Source: an uncultured Verrucomicrobiae bacterium
Lineage (GTDB): Bacteria > Verrucomicrobiota > Verrucomicrobiia > Chthoniobacterales > Chthoniobacteraceae
NCBI GenBank assembly: GCA_963828525.1
Contig: CAWHEP010000008.1
Span: 416,001 to 480,000, forward strand
Direction: 5' to 3'
DNA length: 64,000 bases
Below, piece by piece: positions 18,165-28,030 of the stretch. Numbering within the stretch: position 1 is the stretch's first letter; every line of letters begins with the position of its first letter. The notes below the pieces were generated by a model that ran no database searches, had not been told where the DNA came from, and saw only the letters and a program-made list of their open reading frames with translations. A program made the translations under genes and the position numbers.

Positions 18165-19700
18165 ATGAGTGAAATATCCCAAAGAACGCCGAGTGAGATA
18201 GACCCAAAAAAGCCCCGCGCGAAATTCTCGTGGAGCCGCTTTGGTGGAAAATTCCTGGTCATCAGTGTTCTGGTTCATCTCATTTTTCTTTCAGGCGCCG
18301 GCTACCTCGTAGTGCAGTCGTTCATAGCTCGGCACAAGCCGAACTTCCATCCAGGGCCGCAAGCTCCAAACGCGGTGGCAAAGTTGGTGGAACACCGGGT
18401 ACAGCTTAAGAAGGATGCTAACATGAGCGCGCCTCAGATGGCCAAACGCATCACCGTGGCGAACAATCTGGGGAGGATCAACCTGCCAGAGATGCCCGAA
18501 ATGCCGACCCAGACCGACGACGTCAAACCGATGAAAATGTCGGGCAAGGAAATGGGCATGGGGATGGGCCCTGGCACAGGAGGCGGTGGCGGGGGCCCTG
18601 GCGGCGGTGGAGGATCTGGATTCACTCTGCCAAAAATCATGGCAGACCGATGCAGCACGGAAGGACGGCTCAAAGAAATTCAGGAAAACGGAGGCGACCC
18701 CAGAAGCGAAGCCGTCATTCAGACCGCGTTGCGCTGGCTGCAAAAGAGTCAAAATTCAGATGGCTCGTGGGGCTCAAGTTACAAAGGCGGCCACACTGGA
18801 CTCGCGTTGCTCGCGTTTCTTGGCCATTGCGAAAAACCTTCGTCGGGCGAATTCGGCCCAACCGTCAAAAACGCAATCGACCGGCTCGTTGAGGAAGGCA
18901 CCACGGGAGATGGAAATTTGGCGTTTGGCGATAAATCGAAGGACTTTCCTTATTCGCATGCCATTGCGGCATACGCGCTGGGTGAAGCATATATCCTGAC
19001 GCACGATGCTCGCATACCTGCCATTCTGACGAAGGCGATCGGCATTATTGTGAAAGGGCAAAGGGGTGACGGCGGCTGGTCTTATTCGTATGACACAGGC
19101 GGTTCCGCGAAGCCGGATAACTCGGTTACATGCTGGCAGATTCAAGCTTTGAAGACGGCTCATTACAGCGGCCTTAACCTGAACGGAGTTGACGCCGCTC
19201 TCGACAGGTCGATGAAGTTCCTTTCCAATATGCAGGGGGACAACGGAATTTTTGGCTACAACAAACCTGGTGAGGGCGGCGGTCACGATATGACCGGCGG
19301 CAGTGTATTCTGTCTATTAATTTGGAATCATATCAAAGACGGCGCTGTTCGGGATGGATTGAAAGTTCTGAAGGAAGGCCCGCTCAAACAGAAGAAGGCG
19401 CCGCCAAAGCCGAACTATGAATATGGCGATGCGAATCTTTATGCCTGGTATTACAACACCCAAGCCTGCTTCCAGGCTGGCGGATACCATTGGACTTGGT
19501 GGAATCGCCAATTCGCAAGCCAGGTCATAGACCACCAGAAGCCTGATGGCAGTTGGCCGCCAGTGGGCAAAAAGGCTAAAGCATACGAAGACAGCAAGGG
19601 TGTCGATGCTCCGGTTTTCCGGACAACTCTTTGTATTCTGATGCTGGAAGTGTACTACCGCTACCTTTCGACTTCCAAATCCGAGGGCGTCGCCCAGTAG
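18165..19700 (+). CDS. Membrane-anchored prenyltransferase / squalene-oxidase repeat protein (alpha/alpha barrel)
   Basis: N-terminal TM, Pro/Met/Gly-rich linker, QW-type repeats QNSDGSW, QRGDGGW, QKPDGSW, C-terminal LMLEVYYRYL. Start uncertain (GTG 18123 or ATG 18165). Confidence 0.75.
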   Translation: MSEISQRTPSEIDPKKPRAKFSWSRFGGKFLVISVLVHLIFLSGAGYLVVQSFIARHKPNFHPGPQAPNAVAKLVEHRVQLKKDANMSAPQMAKRITVANNLGRINLPEMPEMPTQTDDVKPMKMSGKEMGMGMGPGTGGGGGGPGGGGGSGFTLPKIMADRCSTEGRLKEIQENGGDPRSEAVIQTALRWLQKSQNSDGSWGSSYKGGHTGLALLAFLGHCEKPSSGEFGPTVKNAIDRLVEEGTTGDGNLAFGDKSKDFPYSHAIAAYALGEAYILTHDARIPAILTKAIGIIVKGQRGDGGWSYSYDTGGSAKPDNSVTCWQIQALKTAHYSGLNLNGVDAALDRSMKFLSNMQGDNGIFGYNKPGEGGGHDMTGGSVFCLLIWNHIKDGAVRDGLKVLKEGPLKQKKAPPKPNYEYGDANLYAWYYNTQACFQAGGYHWTWWNRQFASQVIDHQKPDGSWPPVGKKAKAYEDSKGVDAPVFRTTLCILMLEVYYRYLSTSKSEGVAQ

Positions 19701-19807
19701 CCCTTAGCTCCTTTTCGACTGCGCGGTTCCCTTCCCGCTCTCGTTGAAGCCTGCGACACGGAAACCGTCCCCGCAAAGAATGACGCTGCCACTCATCCTC
19801 TCCCGGC

Positions 19808-21862
19808 ATGCAGTTTGAAGATCCCCACCTTTACATTAATCGGGAGTTAAGCTGGCTCGAGTTCAACCAGCGCGTTCTGGATGAAGCTTGGGACGAGTCC
19901 AACCCGCTGCTGGAACGCGTCAAATTCCTCTGCATCGTCAGCGCCAATCTTGACGAATTCTTCGAGATACGGGTTGCTGGACTGCAGCAGCAAAAACAAA
20001 CCAGTCTCTCGGAAATCGGGCCAGATGGTCTGGACGCCACACAAATTCTTCACGCTATCGCCCTGCGTGTCCGAAGATTGGTCGAGGATCAATATCGTTG
20101 CTGGAATGAGCAACTGGCGCCGGCGCTGGAGGGCCACTCCATCCGGTTTCTACACTACCCGAACGTCTCGGAGGAGGACCACGCCTACCTGACCGCCTAT
20201 TTCACCAAATCGGTCTTTCCGGTTTTGACGCCCCTGGCGATTGATCCAGTCCATCCTTTCCCGCAGCTTCTCAACAAGAGCCTGAATGTTGTCGCCGAGC
20301 TGGATGCCGGAGACACGCCAATCAAATTCGCAGTTGTCCAGGTGCCACGCATTCTCGCAAGGGTCGTTCCTCTTCCCCGCCCCAAGGGGGTGAACGACTT
20401 TGTTTTCCTCGGCAACATCGTGCAACATCACGCCGCTTCCCTCTTCCGCGGTGTCCGTGTCGCGGGTGTCCACCAATTCCGCGTAACGCGGAACAGCAAT
20501 CTTTATTTCGATGAGGAAGAATCGCATAACCTGCTCCGAGCCATCGAAACCGAGCTGCGCAAGATTGCTCGCGGCAACGCCGTGCGGCTGGAAGTCCAGC
20601 CTGACTGCCCCGAAGCGACCATCTCAAGGCTGGTCGAGACATTCTCCCTTACGCCCGAAGAGGTGTTCTCGGTAAGCGGTCCCATCAATTTCCCAAGGCT
20701 GTTCCCTGTGATCCAGGAACTGGACATGCCGCAACTGAAGTTCCGCCCATTCAAGCCGCGGCTCGTCATCGAAGATGGTGAAGAAAGCATTTTTACTGAG
20801 ATCAAGAAGAAGGACGTGCTCCTGCACCATCCTTTTGACCAGTTCAAGACGGTTGTCGATTTAATAGCGCAGGCCGCGGTGGATGATGATGTCCTCGCGA
20901 TCAAGCAGACCCTGTATCGCACCAGCGGCGATTCGCCCCTCATCCCGGCTCTCATGGAAGCCGCCCAGAACGGCAAGCAGGTCACCGTTGTGATCGAATT
21001 GAAAGCGCGATTTGATGAAGCGGCGAACGTCAAATGGGCGCGCATGCTCCAGGAAGCGGGCGTGCATGTGGTTTACGGCGTGCCAGGCCTGAAGGTGCAT
21101 GCGAAGATGGCTCTGGTTGTCCGCCGCGAAGGCGATCTAATACAGCGCTACGCCCACTTGGGCACCGGCAACTACAACTCCGCGACTGCCCGCCTTTATA
21201 CCGATCTGGGTCTGCTGACAGCGGATGATGATCTCACAAACGACTGCGCGGAGCTGTTTAATATCCTCACAGGGGTTTCGATCTTCCCCGGCCTCAAGAA
21301 GCTGCTCGTCGCTCCCTTCACACTCCACACCACATTCCTCCATCTGATAGAAACGGAAATAGAAAACGCCGCGGCGGGAAAAGCGTCCGGCATCTCCGCG
21401 AAGACCAACGCGCTTGTGGAACAAGAAATAATTGGCGCGTTCTACCGGGCCTCGTCTGCTGGCGTGCCGATTCGCCTGCTGGTCCGGGGGGTTTGCTGCT
21501 TGCGACCAGGTGTTCCCGGCATCAGTGAAAACATCGAGGCCCGCAGCGTCGTGGGACGCTTCCTGGAACACAGCCGGATCTACCGCTTTGAGAACGGCGG
21601 CAACCCGCTCATCTATTTGGCGAGCGCCGACCTTATGCCCCGCAACTTCTTCCGCAGGGTGGAAACATGTTTTCCAGTCGAAGATCAGGCGGCAAAGGAC
21701 CGCGTTTCCGGAATCTTCGACCTCTACTGGCAAGACAGCGTGAAAGCCAGGTCGCTGGGGAGCGATGGCGCCTATAGAAGGGTCTCGCGCCGCGATCCAA
21801 GCTTCAATGTGCAGGAATTTTTGACTCCGACGCCTCCATCGGCAACGAAAGTGCCGTCCTGA
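19808..21862 (+). CDS. ppk1: Polyphosphate kinase 1
   Basis: YINRELSWLEFNQRVL, NLDEFFEIRVAGL, LHHPF, KQTLYRT, KVHAK, GTGNYN, FLEHSR, SADLMPRN. Confidence 0.97.
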   Translation: MQFEDPHLYINRELSWLEFNQRVLDEAWDESNPLLERVKFLCIVSANLDEFFEIRVAGLQQQKQTSLSEIGPDGLDATQILHAIALRVRRLVEDQYRCWNEQLAPALEGHSIRFLHYPNVSEEDHAYLTAYFTKSVFPVLTPLAIDPVHPFPQLLNKSLNVVAELDAGDTPIKFAVVQVPRILARVVPLPRPKGVNDFVFLGNIVQHHAASLFRGVRVAGVHQFRVTRNSNLYFDEEESHNLLRAIETELRKIARGNAVRLEVQPDCPEATISRLVETFSLTPEEVFSVSGPINFPRLFPVIQELDMPQLKFRPFKPRLVIEDGEESIFTEIKKKDVLLHHPFDQFKTVVDLIAQAAVDDDVLAIKQTLYRTSGDSPLIPALMEAAQNGKQVTVVIELKARFDEAANVKWARMLQEAGVHVVYGVPGLKVHAKMALVVRREGDLIQRYAHLGTGNYNSATARLYTDLGLLTADDDLTNDCAELFNILTGVSIFPGLKKLLVAPFTLHTTFLHLIETEIENAAAGKASGISAKTNALVEQEIIGAFYRASSAGVPIRLLVRGVCCLRPGVPGISENIEARSVVGRFLEHSRIYRFENGGNPLIYLASADLMPRNFFRRVETCFPVEDQAAKDRVSGIFDLYWQDSVKARSLGSDGAYRRVSRRDPSFNVQEFLTPTPPSATKVPS

Positions 21863-21877
21863 TCCGATGTAACGGGT

Positions 21878-22891
21878 ATGAATGCTTCCTCTCCCAAGCG
21901 CATCGCCTCTGAGCTGGCCGTCCTGCCTGTCAGCATAGTTAACGTCTATTTCGTCGGCCGACCCGGCGGTAAGTGGGTTTTGGTGGACACCGGGCTGCCG
22001 GGCAGAACCCGCGAAGTGCTGGCGGCTGCCGAGGCTCGCTACGGCGCCGAGTCGCGCCCGGAAGCAATCCTGCTCACGCATGGTCATTTTGACCACTCTG
22101 GATCAGCATTGGCGCTCTCGCTGCATTGGGATGTGCCAGTTTATGCGCACCGGATGGAAATCCCATTCCTTACTGGCCTCTCCCTTTATCCTCCCCGGGA
22201 TCCCACAGTCGGCGGGGCGATCGCCTTTCTCTCCCGGTTCATGCCCTCGCGCGGAGCCAGCCTGGCAGGGCGCATACACTCATTGCACGAGGGTTCCGTG
22301 CCGGGCCTTCCAGATTGGGAATGGCATTTCACTCCAGGCCACTCCCCTGGGCATGTATCCTATTTTCGCCCTTCTGATAAGACGCTTATTGCGGGAGATG
22401 CCTTTGCCAGCATGGACATGGACTCCTGGATTGGATTCGTGACGAAGTCCCCGCGCCTCAGCCGGGCCGGGAGCCCCTTCAACTATGACTGGGACGCGTC
22501 GGCAAACTCCGTTCGAAAGCTCGCCGCGCTGGAGCCTGAACTCGTCGCTTGCGGTCACGGCCATCCCATCGCGCCACGCGGCCTTGCCCTGTTTTCCAGA
22601 CGCTACACCCGGCCAGCTTACGGACGCTATATTCGCGAGCCAGCGCGCGTCGATGAGCGTGGTGTATCCTATCTTCCCCCCCGCGTCTCCGATCCACTTG
22701 CCTGGGCTTTGGCGGGAGCTTGCCTCACCTTGGCGGCGGGTGCTGGACTCTGGCTCGCCTTCGCGCCGGCCGGCTCGCTCCTAATCCACTCTCTACCGGC
22801 CTCGGAGGACCAGTTGCTCTGGCGGTACGGGCACTTCGCGCCTCCGCGTCACGGCGGTGAATCTCTCAGGAAACTTTGCATTGAGCAGTGA
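21878..22891 (+). CDS. MBL-fold metallo-hydrolase with a C-terminal TM helix
   Basis: VLVDTG, LTHGHFDH, TPGHSPGH, IAGDA, CGHG. The true stop may be 22784 if there is a 1-nt indel near 22760. Confidence 0.85.
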   Translation: MNASSPKRIASELAVLPVSIVNVYFVGRPGGKWVLVDTGLPGRTREVLAAAEARYGAESRPEAILLTHGHFDHSGSALALSLHWDVPVYAHRMEIPFLTGLSLYPPRDPTVGGAIAFLSRFMPSRGASLAGRIHSLHEGSVPGLPDWEWHFTPGHSPGHVSYFRPSDKTLIAGDAFASMDMDSWIGFVTKSPRLSRAGSPFNYDWDASANSVRKLAALEPELVACGHGHPIAPRGLALFSRRYTRPAYGRYIREPARVDERGVSYLPPRVSDPLAWALAGACLTLAAGAGLWLAFAPAGSLLIHSLPASEDQLLWRYGHFAPPRHGGESLRKLCIEQ

Positions 22892-22922
22892 CGCATGGCT
22901 GGATACCCTCTCCATCCTTCCC

Positions 22923-24876
22923 ATGAGTTCAAATATTGAAACCCATCTCACCGAAAAACGTGTCTTCAAACCTTCCAAAGCCTTCGCAAAACGCGCTCGC
23001 ATCAGCAGCATTGCCGAATACGAAAAGCGCTATGCCCGTTCCATCAAAAAGCCGGATAAATTTTGGGCTGAAGAAGCCGAGGAACTGACTTGGCGCGAAC
23101 CCTGGACGCAGAGTACTCCAGTGGAAGGCCCCTAACGCGAAGTGGTTTGTCGGGGGTAAACTGAACGCGTCGGAGAACTGTCTCGACCGGCATCTGCACG
23201 GTCGCAACCGGAACAAGGCTGCCATCATCTGGGAGGGCGAGCCGGGAGAGAAACGGACCTTAACCTACCGGCAACTGCACCGCGAGGTATGCAAATTCGC
23301 GAACGTGCTGGAGCGGCCAAGGTCAAAAAAGGCGACTGCGTCGTCATCTATATGCCGATGATGCCGGAAGCGGCCATCGCCATGCTGGCGTGCGCGCGGA
23401 TCGGAGCGGTTCATTCGGTCATTTTCGGCGGATTCAGCTCGAAAGCATCAAGGATCGCGTCAACGACAGCAAAGCCGTCGCGATCATCACCGCGGATGGC
23501 GGCTACCGCCGCGGCAGCGATCGTGCCACTGAAGAGCAACGTCGATCGAGGCGCTGAAGGAACGCCGAGGTCGCAAAGGGTCATCGTCTTTCGACGCGCC
23601 AGCAACGAGATGTCCACATCGTGGAGGGGCGCGACTTGTGGTGGCACGAAGAGGTGGCGAAACGTCGCCGCTGACGCACAACGCCGAGCCGCTGGAGAGC
23701 GAGCACCCGCTCTTCATTCTCTATACCAGCGGCTCCACCGGCAAACCGAAGGGCGTGCTGCACACCACCGGCGGCTACCTGCTCGGGCGCGTACTGACCA
23801 CGAACTACGTTTTCGATCTGAAGGAAGAGGATGTCTACTGGTGCACGGCGGACATCGGTTGGGTCACCGGGCACAGCTACGTCGTTTACGGCCCGCTCGC
23901 CAATGGCGCGACCGTCGTTGATGTACGAAGGCGCGCCGAACTGGCCGGAGCCGGACCGGTTCTGGCAGATCATCGATGAGTACGGGATCACGATTCTCTA
24001 CACCGCGCCCACGGCGATTCGCGCGTTCATGCAATGGGGCGACGCATGGCCTGACGAAGCACGATCTCTCCTCGCTGCGCCTGCTGGGCTCCGTCGGCGA
24101 ACCGATCAATCCCGAGGCGTGGATGTGGTATCACAAGCATGATCGGCGGAGAGCGTTGCCCAATCGTCGACACGTGGTGGCAGACCGAGACCGGCGCGAT
24201 CATGATCACGCCGCTTCCAGGCGCCATCGCCTACGAAGCCCGGCTCGCGCACGCTGCCGTTCTTCGGCGTGGATGCCGAGATCGTCGATGAGCATGGCAA
24301 TGAAGTCGCCCAAACGTCGGCGGCAAGCTCGTCCTACGCAGCCGTGGCCTTCCATGCTGCGCAGCTCTACGGCGACAAGGATCGTTACAAAAAACAATAT
24401 TGGAGCGAAATCCCGGGCTGTTATTTCGCGGGCGACGGCGCGCGCCGCGACAAGGATGGTTATTTCTGGATCGTGGGCCGCATCGACGATGTGCTCAACG
24501 TTTCCGGTCACCGCATCGGCACCGGCCGAAGTGGAAAGCGCGCTCGTCTCGCACCCCACCGTCGCGGAAGCCGCGGTCGTGGGGCGCCCGGACGAAATCA
24601 AGGGTCAGGGCGGTCGTCGCGTTTGTGACCCTGAAGAGCGGCGTTATTCCCAACCCCAACCTGCGCGATGAACTGCGCCAGCATGTCGGTCGGGCGATCG
24701 GCCCCATTGCCAAGCCGGATGATATCCGTTTCGCCGACGCCCTGCCAAAGACGAGAAGCGGCAAAATCATGCGCCGGCTCTTGAAAGAAATCGCGGCCGG
24801 AAATACCGTGACAGGTGACACCACGACCCTTGAGGATCTGAGTGTTTTGGCGAAGCTAGGCAGTAACGAAGATTGA
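22923..24876 (+). CDS. acs: Acetate--CoA ligase, broken by numerous frameshifts between about 23100 and 24620
   Basis: Pieces in alternating frames: [113 protein letters not shown]. Confidence 0.93.
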
Positions 24877-24959
24877 AAATGCGTTCCGCGTCCGGAATGA
24901 AATCTGAGCGCAGCCTTGAGATTGACCACTGATTAGAAGCTGCTTAAGCCAGGTTTCCC

Positions 24960-25412
24960 ATGCCTCCAGAAAGACTTGCTGAGTTGGAAGGAGGTGTTCA
25001 AAAGCTTCAGCTCCGTCCGCCCGCCCGTTGGACGCGCTCCGCCCTTCGCGTCATCAGTATCACCGCGCTCTGGATTGCAATAGGAGGCGCTGTTGTCTTG
25101 ATCCTGAGCCATGCGATTTCATCGCTCATCGGGTTGCAGCCGCCTTTTCCGCTGAAGTCCGGCATTCCGCTGATCGCCATCGGAACCTCTTACATCAGCC
25201 TTATGCTTACGCTTCCGCGCCGCCCCGGTCAGATGCTTGTAGGCGTTCTCATGGGACTGGCCTTTGTGCTGTGGGGTCTCGAACAGTTCCTCGTCAATCG
25301 AGCGCTGATTTGCTTCATCGACGACTGTGTCGCGTTCCTTTTCATAACGGATTTAAGCATCATCATCCGGCAGAATCACAGACAACAGACGCTGCAAAAT
25401 ACCGAGTCCTAA
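24960..25412 (+). CDS. Hypothetical membrane protein (about 4 TM)
   Basis: 150-aa ORF with four hydrophobic segments, preceded by TTGACC-17-TAAGCC. Confidence 0.6.
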   Translation: MPPERLAELEGGVQKLQLRPPARWTRSALRVISITALWIAIGGAVVLILSHAISSLIGLQPPFPLKSGIPLIAIGTSYISLMLTLPRRPGQMLVGVLMGLAFVLWGLEQFLVNRALICFIDDCVAFLFITDLSIIIRQNHRQQTLQNTES

Positions 25413-25440
25413 ACGCGCATTTTGTAAGCGGCTCCCTGAC

Positions 25441-26165
25441 TCAAGCAACCAACCGGCTAAAAAGCGCGGCTAGTCCCGCGAAGATGCCGCCGAGGAGAGC
25501 TATCGAGGCCAAACCGATGAGGAGACCCGCGGTAATCATCGCTCCATCCCGCTCCGCGAGGCCAAGGGCGATGATGAAGATCGATATGGCCAGAGGCATG
25601 TTTGTTCCTGGGATGGGCAAAGCCATAAACGCCGCCAGAAGCAGGATAAACGCTCCCAGAAATTTCTTCGCCGGCTCGCTGGTCATCCATTTCCAACGCG
25701 GTTTCACAGCGCTCGGCTCATTTTCTCCAGAGCCGGAAGGATTGCGCGGATTGCCCCGGCAAGCGCCTTCCGCGGCACAGATCGCTTGAGCAGCCAGGGG
25801 GGCAGGGTGATCTCCTTTTTACCCATCATCATCTGCGCGGAGATAATCCCTGTGGGGATCACGACGATCGCGGAAACACCCGGTATCGGGATCGGTAGCA
25901 CCTCAGGGATCGAAAAAGCCATCAACGTGGTGCCAAACGATGTAGTGCCGAGCGATCCCAGGATCTTCTCAACCGTGAAATTCTTGTCCTGATTCTCGTT
26001 CAGCAAAGCTCGCAGAAGCTCGGAAGTGCGGATGACCTTGGAAGGCTGCGCCGCAACTTTTGGCTTTGCCCGCGCTCTCGCCCTGGGCTTTGCGGGCTTG
26101 CGAACAGGCCCCTTCCGAGAGATTTCACCAACACCCAAGGCTATTGAAGCAGCGGCAGCCGTCAT
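25441..26165 (-). CDS. ExoD-family exopolysaccharide-synthesis membrane protein (frameshift near 25720)
   Basis: LPIPIPGVSAI..QMMMG...LPPWL.KRS joined to KPRW...LPIPGTNMPLA..IALGLAERDG, typical ExoD motifs split over two ORFs. Confidence 0.8.
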
Positions 26166-26250
26166 CAGAGCTTGACCCTACTCTCCATGCGACTGTTCTC
26201 AAGCCAGAATTGACTCTGGAGGCAAAGGCCGGGACTCTCTACCAATCCGT

Positions 26251-26607
26251 ATGAAAGAAAAGATTAGTGAATTTAAAATTGACCGTCCACTGACCGACGG
26301 ACGCCGCGCGAAGATCGATGAATTCATCAAAAAGAATGCCAGTCGCATCGACCGTCCATTCACTCATTCCTGGGCGGATGAAATTCTCACGCTGGAAAGC
26401 TCGCCGGTGCGCTGGGACTTTATTTTCCACAAGGATCGACTCGAGGTGATTGGGAGCGGACCTCTCTGGGCCAAACTCCTCTTCACAGAGAAGCGAAGAA
26501 CGCTCCTTGACGACATGATCCGGCAGTTGCTCCAGGAAGCAGGCTTTTTTACCGCCGCCAGCAAGGGCGGACCGGAAAAACCACGCGTTCGCGCAAAGCC
26601 AGCATAA
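26251..26607 (+). CDS. Hypothetical protein
   Basis: 118-aa ORF filling the gap before the MTase; upstream TTGACT-17-GACTCT. Confidence 0.65.
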   Translation: MKEKISEFKIDRPLTDGRRAKIDEFIKKNASRIDRPFTHSWADEILTLESSPVRWDFIFHKDRLEVIGSGPLWAKLLFTEKRRTLLDDMIRQLLQEAGFFTAASKGGPEKPRVRAKPA

Positions 26608-26692
26608 TTCGGCTCAAATTGCGGGGTATCACTTCGAACGAAGCGGATTGGCGCTTCCTTTGACCCGTCTCGGATGTTAAATAAGCGAAGCG

Positions 26693-28030
26693 ATGCCGAC
26701 GCTGAAAGCCATCCCCCTTCCCGCTCCTCGTCAGCCTCGCGTAACGCCTGAGGTAAATAGGCTGACTCCCGGCGATCACCCCGCGCACGACTGGTATCGC
26801 TTCGTTCTCTCCTACCCGCCTCATCTCGTTCGGACTTACATCGAGCGCTTTGAACTCTCCGCGCGCAATCTTGTTCTCGACCCGTTTTGTGGAACCGGGA
26901 CAACAATTGTGGAGTGCAAAAAAAATGGAATCCCAAGCGCAGGTCTGGAGGCTCATCCGTTCTCGCATCTCGCGAGCGCCACGAAGATAGACTGGAGCCC
27001 AGATCCGTCCGTATTGGAGCGCCAGGCCAAACGTGTTGCGGACGCCACGCTGAAGGCATTGGATGCGGACGGTATTGTTGATGATCCCCAGCCGCTGCTT
27101 CTAAACGAGAGGCCTGTTCGCTCCTCGCGTAAACTTTCCCCCGAGCAGGAGAAACTACTCCTTACAAACTCCATTAGCGCGCTGCCGCTCCACAAGACGC
27201 TCGTGTTGCTTGACGCCATCCGCGCCATCGCGGAGACGTCAATGCAACCCCACATGCTTCTGGCACTCGGGAAGGCCCTCATCGGTCCAATAGGGAATCT
27301 CCACTTCGGACCGGAGGTAGGAGTAGGCCCTCAAAAAGCAGATGCCGCCGTAGTTACTCCCTGGCTAAGTGGCGTAAACCGAATGGCTGAGGACATCCGC
27401 ACACTAGCGCCCAAATCAAAGGTGCCATCAGTAGCCCATCACGTTGATTCTCGTGAAATCCCCACAAGCATCAGTCCGAATTCCATCGATGCGGTCATCA
27501 CTTCCCCGCCTTACCCCAATGAGAAGGACTACACCCGGATGACCCGCTTGGAAACCGTGATCCTCGGCTACGTGACTTCGAAGCAAGAATTGCAGCGACT
27601 GAAGCGCACTTTGGTTCGGTCCAATACGCGAGGAGTTTATAAGAGCGACACCGACGATCAATGGGTCACGCGCCATCCCGAAATCCAGCGGTTGGCTGCC
27701 GCAATAGAAGCCAGGAGGCTTGAACTGGGAAAGACAAGCGGATTTGAGCGCTTATACGCCCGTGTCACGAAACTTTATTTTGGCGGAATGGCTCGTCATC
27801 TATCGGACCTGCGGAGATTTCTGAAACCAGGCGCTCGCCTCGCGTATGTTGTGGGGGATCAGGCCTCATACTTGAGGATCATGATCCGAACCGGTCAGAT
27901 ACTCGGCTCCATCGCCGAAGAGCTAGGCTACGAGGTTACTGCGCTCGATCTTTTCCGCACTAGAATTTCCACAGCCACGGGCGAACACTTACGTGAGGAA
28001 GTCCTTGTTCTCCGATGGCCGAAACCCTGA
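26693..28030 (+). CDS. Amino-DNA methyltransferase, probably N4-cytosine, alpha-class motif order
   Basis: HDWYRFVLSYP, motif I VLDPFCGTGTT near the N-terminus, long central region, motif IV VITSPPY, LKPGARLAYVVGD. Confidence 0.88.
   Translation: MPTLKAIPLPAPRQPRVTPEVNRLTPGDHPAHDWYRFVLSYPPHLVRTYIERFELSARNLVLDPFCGTGTTIVECKKNGIPSAGLEAHPFSHLASATKIDWSPDPSVLERQAKRVADATLKALDADGIVDDPQPLLLNERPVRSSRKLSPEQEKLLLTNSISALPLHKTLVLLDAIRAIAETSMQPHMLLALGKALIGPIGNLHFGPEVGVGPQKADAAVVTPWLSGVNRMAEDIRTLAPKSKVPSVAHHVDSREIPTSISPNSIDAVITSPPYPNEKDYTRMTRLETVILGYVTSKQELQRLKRTLVRSNTRGVYKSDTDDQWVTRHPEIQRLAAAIEARRLELGKTSGFERLYARVTKLYFGGMARHLSDLRRFLKPGARLAYVVGDQASYLRIMIRTGQILGSIAEELGYEVTALDLFRTRISTATGEHLREEVLVLRWPKP

Noticed and set aside
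18554..18620. GGC/ATGGGC repeats as a repeat array
   Set aside because: They encode the Met-Gly and poly-Gly linker of the protein; there is no repeat-spacer structure.
18165..19700. Squalene-hopene cyclase
   Set aside because: Lacks DXDD, has only one barrel and has an N-terminal TM stalk.
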